A DNA stretch of 64,000 nt, taken from NCBI RefSeq assembly GCF_023055435.1, contig NW_025963879.1:23436001-23500000 (forward strand), written 5' to 3'. This DNA comes from Haliotis rufescens (lineage: Eukaryota). Below are positions 1 to 10,543 of this stretch, piece by piece. The translations under genes and the position numbers were made by a program. The notes beneath the pieces are model-generated. The model saw nothing but the letters and a program-made list of their open reading frames with translations, made no database searches and was not told the origin of the DNA. The first letter of the stretch is position 1; each line of letters starts with the position of its first letter.

Positions 1-1216
1 TCTTAAAAGTTATTGCTGTTGTACTCATTGATGTCTGGTGCAACAAGGCTGATATTTCCGCCTTCACGTAGGCGGTGCTGACGTTCTATTTCAAGAACGC
101 AATCTTCAGCCTTTTGCCATGCATCTGCAGTGATTCTAGCATAGGTTGCGTTGATCAACTCTTTGTCGCTTGAATGTTTTGTTATGTCTTACCACAAACA
201 GTTCACAGTTAGCCCAGATTAACTCAATATGATTGAGCTCACAGCGTCTGACTGGCGTAGGTAAGAGAACGTGACCGTGTTGTGCCACCACGACATCTGT
301 CTCGAACTTTACTGTTTTCCTATTCAGGGGGATTTTCTCCATGAGATGAACTTTCGTTTCAAAAGGTCTGAAGTCGCCATTGCAAGAAGTCAGTTATTCC
401 TGCACGGTCGTCTTCAGACTGTTCATGGTTGTCGCGACAGTATCTGGTTCCCGGACGTTGTGATAACTGGCGTTATCCACGACAATGACACTTCATGGGG
501 TTGTTCCCCAGTCAATGAACATATCACCATTCGTTTCCTTATGATAATCACCATTTTTCTGTTTTGCCTCGAAAACTAGCTCACATCCATCAATATGCCC
601 CAGATCATGGGTTCCGGTGTGCGAAACAATGACACGATTACCTTTCTCTGATGGTAACATGTTTTTTTCGTCTATCTGATGGTAGCCACTTGTTTGTTTG
701 TTTATTCTTTAACGCCGCACTCAGCAACGTTCCAGCTATATATAATCATCAAGTCAGGATTGTCTGGTACAGACTCGATTATTTACAGACCGCCGTAATA
801 TAGCTGGAATAGTGCTGGGTGCGGCGTTAAACAGCAACAAACAACAACAACAACAACAGTTCTTGACATCATGGGCATCAAACCACGCGATTGGAATACA
901 ATGACATGCATCAAACAAAGACAGCAAGTTTGACCACCCGATCCTGTTAGTCGCCTCTTATGACAAGCATGGGTTGCTGAAGACCTATTCTAACCCGGAT
1001 CTTCACGGGTGGTAGCCCCATGTAGTCAGTGGAATGATTCTTATTCACCAAGGTTTCATCAAAGAAAATGATCTGGGAGTCCTGACTGCAATAGTCATGA
1101 ATGGTGCGGAGATATTGTGATCTTATGGACAGGATTGATATTGTCCCCTGAAAAGTGCTCTGTCGCCGCCACGTGCAGTGTATCGAAATCCCGTCTCCTG
1201 GAGAGCAATAATACAT
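1..1216 (-). mobile_element. Degenerate Tc1/mariner-IS630 superfamily transposase with long D-E spacing (DD83E; Sailor-like), interrupted by a retroposed repeat at 688-1009
   Basis: Minus-strand remnants in the expected order: 'RSQYLRTIHDY..IIFFDETLVNKNHS' (first D, ~1030-1130), 'NRVIVSHTGTHDLGHIDGCELVF' (~570-640), 'SVIVVDNASYHN' (second D at 475-477) and 'HGHVLLPTPVRRCELNHIELIWAN..NKTFK' (E at 223-225). There are 83 codons between D and E, with one in-frame stop (QE*L). Confidence 0.75.
688..1009 (-). repeat. Dispersed retroposed repeat family A (headless, ~250-300 bp, (CAAA)n tail); this copy has an 8-bp TSD and an internal inverted piece
   Basis: Ends in ...gaagacctattctaacccggatcttcacggg (reverse complement of the family 5' end). 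Flanked by tggtagcc at 680-687 and 1010-1017. About 20 homologous copies or fragments occur in the window. Confidence 0.85.
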
Positions 1217-1769
1217 GAAGTCCGGGAAACATGAATCGTGTTTTTAATTTCTTCCCGAAATTTTACTCGAAGTCAGGGGTACCTTCTGCTCAAAAAACGT
1301 GTACACTTTGCGCCTTTTGTCCCCCTACTTTCTTTGTTTTAATTATCATATCTTTGTTGGTATGTAAAACACCCTATCTAGTATAATAAAATAGTTTCTC
1401 TCTGTCTGTCTCAAGTGTAAAGAACCTGTATACATTTCCTACTACAGATTCCATGTCGTGCACCGTGGCTATGGCAATGCACGTGTAATGCAACAAGCTC
1501 CATGGTGTTGACAAAACAAAACAAAACAAATACAGCGTCATTTTGTAACTTTCTAATATGCACATCTAGAATTTTCTCCAACTGACTTGTGTTTTCGTGT
1601 GGATTAGATGGTCTTGGGGTCTTTATCGAAAAGATAAATTTTGGTGCCACAAGAATGACATTGTTTGAAAGAATTTTATTGAAATAATATTCAAACTTTG
1701 TTTGTAGCTGAAATTCCCAGCAATCCCAATTGCCTTATATCGCTGGAATATTTTTAACCACGACAAGAC

Positions 1770-2004
1770 CCGTGAAGGTTAGAATTGGCTTTCAGCAACC
1801 CGCGCATGTTTGTTGTTAGATGCGACTAACAGGATCGGGTGGTCAGGCTCGTTGACTTGGTTGATGCATGTCATCGTATCCCAATTGTGTGGCTCGATGC
1901 ACGATCAGTGATGGCAATCACTGGATGGTCAAGTCCAGACTCGATTATTTACAGACCGCCGTCATACTGCAGGAATATTGAAGCACTAAACAACAAACAA
2001 ACAA
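1770..2004 (+). repeat. Repeat family A copy
   Basis: cccgtgaag...gcgactaacaggatcgggtggtcaggctcg...ggaatattg...aacaacaaacaaac. Confidence 0.85.
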
Positions 2005-2299
2005 ATAATTCTGTGTCATTCAACGTTTGAACTCGCTGCACTGTTTCATGTCTTTTGTTTATGATTTCTGGTTGGCCAATCTATAACCTGATGGACTGGT
2101 CATTAATGTAGTGAGGAGTTCTGTATCCCACGTTTAATGGTATTTCAGTCACTCATGGTGACGGATCCCATACTCAGAGTCGAACCTGATCTTACACATG
2201 ACGTATTACCAACTTGACTACCCAATTACTCCATAAAATCTATGTTACAGGTCAGCTACGTTTTTGGTTTTTTTTGTTTGTTTGTGTAACCATCTATAT

Positions 2300-2520
2300 G
2301 ACTGTAAATAAAAGAGTCTGGAGCAGACAATCCAGTAATTGACGTTATAAGCATTGATCCACGCAATTAAGATACGATGACATGCATCAACAAGTCAGCG
2401 AGCCTGACCATCCGATCCCAGCTACCCGATCCCGTTAGTCACCTCTTACGACAAGCATAGTCGCTTTTTTTACGGCAAGCATGGGTTGCTGTAGACCTAT
2501 TCTAACCCGGATCTTCAGGG
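2300..2520 (-). repeat. Repeat family A copy
   Basis: gagtctggagcagacaatccagt...gttagtcacctcttacgacaagcat...ctattctaacccggatcttcaggg. Confidence 0.85.
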
Positions 2521-2991
2521 ATCGGTCAGCTATGTTTTCAGCATGCAACTCGACACATTGTAAAATGCTGTGGTATCAACCGTGCATGGGATGACTAGTG
2601 TTGCAACAGGAGATTGAATTGATGTCCCATTAAGACGAACCGGAGCGACAGGCTGGCAGTGTGGAAAGGGTGTGACGAGTACAGTGCACGAACATGACTT
2701 GCAAGTATGCATGTGTCATTTCTTTTTTTAAAAATCTGACTATCAACAAGAAGCATGTCCATTTTTTTGGATATTTTTTTCAGGTTTATATCCATAGAGA
2801 AAAGTAAATTCGCATTCCACTCACTGCGTCATAAGGCCAATGAAAGGAAACATGTATGTTAGTTCATGATTGTCAATTATACGTCATGATGACTGTTTAT
2901 ATTAAGGTTTATGGTCCTGTTACCGAACTGATAAAACCAATCCTTTTGGACATGTGATCACAAGAAACATACATCCATGCACTGTTAAATA

Positions 2992-3242
2992 GATGAAGTG
3001 AGGTGAGGTGAAATTGGGTTTATGTCGCGTCCAAGATTATTGCACTTATATAGCGACGTGCATACACGCGCGCGCGCGCGTGCGTGCGTGCGTGTTTGTG
3101 TGGCGGCTTGTACTAGTCCGGACTGATGCCGATTTATATTGCTAGCTCACTGAGATACCTTCTTTTAAGCCCCTTAATGCCGAGCAGGGTACGTTCCGCT
3201 CTCCGGACTGACGCTCTACCACTAGACCACGGAGGCGGTCTA
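2992..3242 (-). mobile_element. tRNA-derived SINE family C (MetaSINE-like), internally deleted
   Basis: Head gaccgcctccgtggtctagtggtagagcg on minus; tail matches the 18786-19126 copy; direct repeat actgttaaata at 2981-2991 and 3243-3253; internal (CG)n/(CGTG)n tract. Confidence 0.8.
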
Positions 3243-3454
3243 ACTGTTAAATAAAGCTTTGGGTACCGCCACAATTACCTTAACCTGTAGCTTATGTGTA
3301 ACTTATGTGTGTGTGATAATTCCATTACAAAAGAGTTGGACACCACCTCACTGATACAATGACGACGTCAACCTGTTCGTATGATTTGGGGAAAACGATC
3401 ATTTCAAGTTAAGTGTAACTTCACCATTATTAAACACATCTTCCCGAGGCAAGT

Positions 3455-4130
3455 GAGAGGGATGACTTCAACTTTCGAATGGTAAACTTTCCCTTCATGT
3501 CGAGCAATATTCCAGCATCTCCAGCCTTTGGTGTTTACATTTCACAACTTGGGAGATACAATCTTTCTACCAAGATTTCAAAGAGCGTCATACGACCCTT
3601 ATTCAGAAGTTGTTTGATCAAGGTTACAACATTTCAAGGCCTCAGTAAAGCTTTCAAAATGTTTTATGGTAGGTTGCATGGTTGTTGGTTGGTTTCTTGT
3701 TTAACGCCGCACTCAGCCATATTCCAGCTATATGACGGCGGTCTGTAAATAGTCGAGTCTGGACCAGACAATCCAGTGATTGATATCATGAGCATCGATC
3801 CACGCAATTGGGATCGATGACATGCATCAACCAAGTCAGCGAGCCTGACCACCCGATCCCGTTAGTCGCCTTTTTACGACAAGCATAGTCGCCCTTTACG
3901 GCAAGCATGGGTTGCTGAAGACCTATTCGGGTAGACATGTGGAGGACATTTCCAAATTGACGCATCAGTGACAAAAATGATTCCCGATGCAGTTCCCTAT
4001 TTTGACTTGTTTCATGTGTTCCCGTATTTTTTCAGGTGAACAATTGACTTGCTATTGCATGTGTTTGTGACGGGTGCCACCGGTGGAGCAGGATAGGCTC
4101 ACCTTCTTGCGAACACCTGGTACCATTACT
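3455..4130 (+). mobile_element. Penelope-like retroelement RT C-terminal/3' fragment, interrupted by a family A copy at 3681-3930
   Basis: Translates to RDDFNFRMVNFPFMSSNIPASPAFGVYISQLGRY, matching the 'DDFNFxIVNFPFLxSNIP..PAYGVYISQL.RY' motif of Penelope-like RTs; later ...LSKAFKMFYGR. A downstream acgggtgccacc..gagcagga..ctcaccttc..gaacacctgg segment resembles the 3' part of such elements. Confidence 0.65.
3681..3930 (-). repeat. Repeat family A copy (near-consensus)
   Basis: tttaacgccgcactcagccatattccagctatatgacggcggtctgtaaat...gttagtcgcc...gcatgggttgctgaagacctattc. Confidence 0.9.
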
Positions 4131-5224
4131 ATTTGATAGTGATTCATAAACACACGCTGATGATATAGCCGGAATCGTACCATTGACTCTGCGTTATGCA
4201 GAGATTTCTATTGGATATGGAAAGGGTTGTATCGCTTTATTTAATAGAAATGATTAAACTTTGAGTGTCTTGAGTCAACCAAGATTACCACATTTCTGGC
4301 AACCAGGGTTGTCTTGATTCAACCTGAATAAACCAGTGTGCGCAACAACAACGTACACAAAATACCCGTGCAGAAGCAGTCCTTCAAGCCTACTGGCCAA
4401 GTTCACTGCCAATATAACCGCTCGCAGTCACCAGACTGCCGATTCCTACCCGAATTTGAAAGCGCATATTGCCTTTTTTGGTTATCACTGTAATATTCCT
4501 TATCGATGGAATGGCTCGCTTTCACTCTATAAGCATCAGCACACATGCAGCTATCTTCATTAATTAATCAAAGTGATATTTCGTGATTCTATTTCCAGTG
4601 GCAAGGATTGTAGAGAAACACGATATATACATCTATTAGTTCTTTTCGTACATGGTGATGTATATGGAATTACTGTCCACCCTTTCATGCACATTTGGAT
4701 CCGATTATTTGTACATTCTACAGTGACGTTTGATTGTTCACGTGATCTACACGGGTGCATTTTGTCAAAAATATGCACGTATTATGTATTGCATATTTCT
4801 TCAGCACGGCATCAATCACTTTCAAGGGTGGCATCTCGTGATAAAAATGTCTGTCAGTCATTCCAGGGTGTCGCTTGACTGTCACTCGTGTCACTGCCAC
4901 TGTCTTGCTACAACATTCGGGTCAAAGGTCATCTGGTCTGACGTTGAAGAAAATGACAGTTGACGTGTATGGATATATTTCCATGGCCCTTGACATGGGA
5001 GAAGACATGCAGTCATATATACACCTCTGTGATCTGAAAGCAGTTAGTGTAGTATTAATACAAACAAATATTAACCCATATACCCGGGGACTCGTCAGGT
5101 GTGATGAAATGAGGGATAACGTCGCGTTCATTTCACTCATTTAGCGACGTGTGTGTGTGTGCGTGTGTGCGTGCGTGCGTGTGTGCGTGCGTGAGAAAGT
5201 GAAACATCTAATCTCTCCGAAGTA

Positions 5225-5713
5225 GAAGGCAAAGGTGATGGCTTCGGTTTTCTGAGGTTCTAAAGGAATCTTACTGGTCTACCTCCCGAGGTCAGACCAT
5301 CAATGGCCAATATCATACGAACTGTCTTAGGCAACTGTGTGTGAACATCACGGCTAAACGAAGAATGCTTTGTTCAACCAGGTGCACGCGTGCAAAAGCC
5401 TGTTGTCTGCAATACATGACTATGGCTTTAAACGCAGTGAACATCCTCTGTATTCACCAGATTTGGAACCGTCATATTTCCACCTCTTACCAAACTGGAA
5501 AAAAGAATTTTCCGGCAAGCATTGTGGAAATGATGATGATGTTATTTCTGCCGTGAAAGACGTTTTACACAACCAAGAGGAACCATTCGACACCAGTTGG
5601 ATCCAGGCACTCCAGCGTCGTTGGACGTCCAGCGCTGATAAAATAAATATCAACCAAGTCCATCAACTCAGTTCATTGTAGTTGGGCTCAGAATTGTTCA
5701 GCCAGCCCTCGTA
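5225..5713 (+). mobile_element. Mariner transposase pseudogene, 3' half with right TIR
   Basis: Remnants KVMASVF*.SKGILL and HPLYSPDLEPSYFHLLPNWKKEFSGKHCGNDDDVISAV (cf. mariner HPPYSPDLAPSDFHLF). Ends in ...gccagccctcgTA, the reverse complement of a TACGAGGG mariner TIR. Confidence 0.85.
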
Positions 5714-7163
5714 TATCATTATTATTATGTTTCTATCTAATGCATTTTGTATGTTCATGGTTGTCTTAACCAACGACCAACGCCATCGGGGTACGAAGTC
5801 ACGCAATCCACCAAGTCTCCGTGCCTGACCACCCGATCCATATGGTACTCTTGCGAACAGCATGTTGCCGGGGACGTAATCTAACCCAGATTCGATGTGT
5901 TGTGGGTCCGAATACAAGATTGATTTCTCGAAACCTAGAAGTCTACGTAATACCAAGTCTCTTGTTATCCTGGCCATAAGCTGTGCGCTTGCTCGTCAGT
6001 TATTGACATTGGATCATATCTGACCAGTCCGCAGCACCAAGACCACCATGTTATCCGCGCCCCATGGTCGATACGATAATGGATTAAGATATTGAAGGGA
6101 TTTTTTTTAATCTGAGGTGAGGGTCAGTTATTCCAAGGTGTCTTTTAAGTTTAACTTTGTACTGGAGAAAATGAGTGAAGGAATACTGTTTACATCAGTC
6201 ATAACTACTACATCACATCAGACTGTTGGCAATAAGGAATGTTTGTCTTTTCATTCCACTGTCAGAAATATTCCAGCTACATCACCCAGTCATGTAACCA
6301 TTTAAGTCTGGGCCAGACACACCAGTGGCTGGTCACTGATCCTGACCACACCCGATCCAAAATTTAATTGCCTCTTAAATTCAATAGAGTGCTGGAGACC
6401 TATCTTATCCTGGGTTCCCTTAGGGAGCATGGGGAGTGAAGACTTTAACCACGAACCTACATAAGGCCAAAGAGTAGTTTTTCTGGCCTTTCGGCTTGGC
6501 CTAAAATGATGCGATGACATCCCATTTTTGGAAAAGCTCATTTGCATGACATAGTTCTAAATGAAACAATACTGGGAATGTTTGAAAGGTTCCCGACCGC
6601 GATTCACCAACACTGACCCAGGAGGTACAATCTTAGGTTTTCTGAATTAAATACGTAGTTGTCTCCAGTATTACAAAACATTCTTCACTGTGATACAGCA
6701 CTTCATAAAAGTTCAGTTGAGGGGTGCATAAACTGCACTCAAAAACCTCAGGATGCGGATGGGAACCAGGATCCAGGAACATACTTGTTGCTTAATCTCC
6801 CCAAAACAGGAAAACAAACACACCAGCAAGACAAAGAGCTTCAATACAATAAACTACATTGTACATTACTATCAACAACAGGACACGGCTGCGCTTGTAT
6901 CAGAGCCTGTAATAAGATTAATGATACAGCTGGGATGACAAAAGATCTTAGGGGTTTGGAGCTGTGGATACGGCTCCGTAACCAGCAGTGTTGTTGACAG
7001 GATTCTTGGATCCATCAGTATATATATTGGCCCAGCTGTGCCAGGTTGTTTGGATACTAGTGACAGTTACTGTTCGTAATATGGTTGGATAATGATGAAA
7101 AGACAGTCGTGTTGTGCGATTCTTTATTTAATATTTACATTCAGTTAACCTGCTGCCAGTTTC

Positions 7164-7390
7164 TACGGAAGCCTTTTAGGGCCATTTGTTTTTGTTTTAA
7201 AAATTGATACTATCTTGAAATTTCAAGATACAGAAGTTGATAAATTAAAGATATTAAGTTGAAATTTCAAGATACTAAGTAGAAATTTCAAGATACTAAG
7301 TTCAAGATAATATCTTGAAATTTCAACTTCTGTATCTTGAAATTTCAAGATAGTATCGAAAAAAACAAATGGCCCTAAAGGGCTTCCGTA
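7164..7390. mobile_element. Palindromic MITE with TACGG termini and 6-bp TSD
   Basis: tacggaagccttttagggccatttgttttt ... aaaaaacaaatggccctaaagggcttccgta. TSD agtttc at 7158-7163 and 7391-7396. Internal palindromic subrepeats atcttgaaatttcaagat. Confidence 0.9.
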
Positions 7391-7929
7391 AGTTTCTCCA
7401 TCTTGCGTGACAATATTTCCATAATTTATATAATCAAGAGTGTAAGTGAGTGAGTGAGTTGGGTTCTATGCCACTTTCAAATGTATTTCAGTTACATCAT
7501 GGCTTATTGGGACAGGAAGGTCCACCAAGATATTTACCCATTCGGGAAAATCACATGAACATGGACATGGCACAAACAAACCAAGGACCATAATTACATT
7601 TCAACCATCAACCAAGGATCCTGGCCAAGTAAGGGACACAACTCTGCCCCTGCTGGGTCATCTACCCATCTTGATAGTTAGCATAAACAAAACACTGTAT
7701 TCACATATGTAGTTCATGTCATTGAAAGGATACAGTAGATAAACACAAAATAAACTTACAAGGTAAAACATTCAAATTCACAATAATGTCTTCAGTATAC
7801 AGAATATATGCAGCAAACATGGCCTTATAGAGGAACCTTGCTTCAGATCTAGTCACTCTAATATCAGATGAGGACAGGTGGAACACTCTTAAATACCGTT
7901 TCTCACCACCAAATAAGGCATACTGAAAC

Positions 7930-8176
7930 ACCCTTTGACCAGAATTCCAGTTATATCGCGGCATGTCAGCTTGATGTGTGAGGAAGGGCTGAAGTTCTGC
8001 AGGTCTCAAGTGTTTACCAGTCCAGTGCCACCCCCTAGCACTGGCATGGTGCTGACAAATCTAGAAACATGATCAGAGCAAACCGGGATTTGAACCCACA
8101 ATCACAGGTTTTGGGTGTGCTCAAGGGATGCAACTCTGCACAGCAAATGGTGGCTACTGGGCCACCTGTGCCCCCA
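7930..8176 (-). mobile_element. tRNA-derived SINE family D, diverged copy
   Basis: Homologous to 11233-11484 (ggggcacaggtggccc..gtgggttcaaatcccggtttg..tttgtcagcaccat..ataactggaatt). Confidence 0.75.
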
Positions 8177-9112
8177 TTGTTACCTGAGCCTGGTTTAATG
8201 TTACAATGGTTCTGTCCATAAAAACATCACTGCATCAATAAATCAATCACCAGATGATTACTACATAATATATATCCACACATCATGAGCACTTCACAGG
8301 ATTCATATACACCACATTTATCAATCAACCGATAACACTTTAGACCCGTAATTGCATGGCAACTTGGAGTCAGCTAGGGAAGGCTATGTATAACTCATGG
8401 AAATCAAAAGTGCCCTACTTTGTGCATGAACTTTGTGAGAACCCCCTTCATTGCCTGATATTGAAGTAATGTATAGAGAGTAGATGTCCGCGAATCTTTC
8501 CAAGGCAAGAGCGTCCACTAGCCTTTTTATCAAAGTCCTGTTTCCACCCTTGCCACATCAAGCCCATGTTTCTGTGCTAATGATTGGATTATCGCACATA
8601 TTTATAGTCAAATCAGAGAATGTTTCACAAAATCCCCATCCACGACTGGTACACCTTCTTATGAAAGTGATTTACCACTGCCTGTTTTTGTTGACATGAA
8701 TATGTCTTTTCATCTTTTAAACCCACCAGCGATTGCCTATGTTTTTGAGTCAGGGATGAAATCGCAAATGTTTTCGTTATTTGATTACACGGGAAGATGA
8801 CAGTTCGGAAGGCTGTAGCACATGCTGCATGAGAAATATTGTTGTTTGTGTAATGTAATCTACGCACTTGCTGGTTCCCTCTCACTGGCACAAGGCTGTT
8901 TCCTGATTCATTGGTTAAATATTACTAATGCCTATGTATTTCCGGGTGATGTAGGAACATAGAGTCCACAAACATGTTAAGTACTGACAATGATATTTAA
9001 AAAAGAAACTTGCAAATTGTGTTTTCAAAGTGTGTCAGTACATGCAATAAATTCTTTTTCCATTTTGACATGATGAAATATTGATGTAGTGTTGATGGCA
9101 GGTAGCAAATAT

Positions 9113-9348
9113 GTTGGTTGGTATGTTGTTTAACGCCGCACTCAGCAATATTCCAGCTATATGACAGCGGTCTGTAAATAATCGAGTCTGGACCAGTCAA
9201 TCCCTGTGTTTGACATCATGGGCATGCATCAACCAAGTCAGCGAGCCTGACCACCCGATCCCGTTAGTCGCCTCTCATGACAAGCATAGTCGCCTTTTAT
9301 GGCAAGCATGGGTTGCTGAAGACCTATTCTACCCTGGATCTTCACGGT
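9113..9348 (-). repeat. Repeat family A copy
   Basis: Near-consensus with a doubled hairpin unit; more degenerate copies follow at ~9866-10046 and ~10083-10270. Confidence 0.9.
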
Positions 9349-10543
9349 TCAGCTGATATGTACTCATTCTCTTCTGTCTACTGTTGGTATGTGTATCTCA
9401 TTGTTGCCATTCTAGATCAATAACAAGGATATCCAATGGTTGACTTGGTGATGTTAAAACTTACTGAGATATATAGAACACAAGTCAAAACTTTTAAAAT
9501 ACCAAGGAAAGAAGGCCAAAGGGAGATAACTTTTCAAGTAACTACATCCCTACCCTAAGTTCTCTCACTTCCCAGGTCTAGTGGACTTAGGGGGATAAAA
9601 CAAGGACTGGCCAGCTAAGGGCCTGTATACTGTGTCTGGGAGGGGTATACATGTTAAACTGCGGCATGGGATCTCAATGATAGAGGTATCAACCCTGACT
9701 AGTACAAGCAGTCACACATACACCCACACATGCATGCAAGTCGCTGTAAAAATTTCACCCAAAACTCCTGTACCTGCTTCAATGATTATATTATACACCA
9801 CTCAACATTTCATGAGGGTACCTAGTTCATCCTGTCACAACACAAGAAAAGAAATGTGAAATGCGGCCTGTTAATAATCAAGTCTGGACCCGACAAAACA
9901 GTGATCAATATGAGCACTGATGCCATCGGGGTATCATGATACCCAATCAACCAGGTCACCGAGTCAGAGAGCATGTTAACCATTTAGTCGCCCCAAACGA
10001 CAAGCATATATTGCTGGGGACCTGTTCTGACCTGGATTCCCCATGGGGAGGAAAAGAAAAAGAGGACAATTAGAGTTTTATTCGTTTGTTGTTTAATACC
10101 CCACTCATATTCCAGCTATATGATGGCGGACTGTAAATAATTGAGTCTGCTCTAGTGATTGATATCAAGAGCAACACTCAATGTCTTCAGGATATGATGA
10201 CACTCAATATACAAAGTCATCAAGTCTCACTACCCGATCCAATAAGTCGTCCCTTACGACCAGCATAGGTTCCTGGTGACAGCAAGAACCAAATAGACAC
10301 CTGAGTTCTTTTAAAAAATACATCAACAGAAATAATACACTAACAATACCATGGGTAATAGCCAGTACCAGGAAACTTGCACAACTCTTGTAATGCTAAA
10401 ATGTCTTCTCTGGTGTTCGATTGCCAAACTATGAACCCTTGGCAGACAGTATAAATGTGGGATGTCACCATCATCTCCTAATCTCATTCCTGTTGTCGTT
10501 TCTGTTGTAACACAGGCCACTCTCACTGATTCACAACCTGTGA

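Noticed and set aside
940-1009. Calling the family A 5' module a known HDV-like or hammerhead ribozyme
   Set aside because: Helix order lacks the HDV P1 and no CUGAUGA/GAAA hammerhead core was seen; kept only as an untested structured-RNA candidate.
4336-5144. Cluster of overlapping short ORFs
   Set aside because: No recognisable protein similarity or coherent splice structure.
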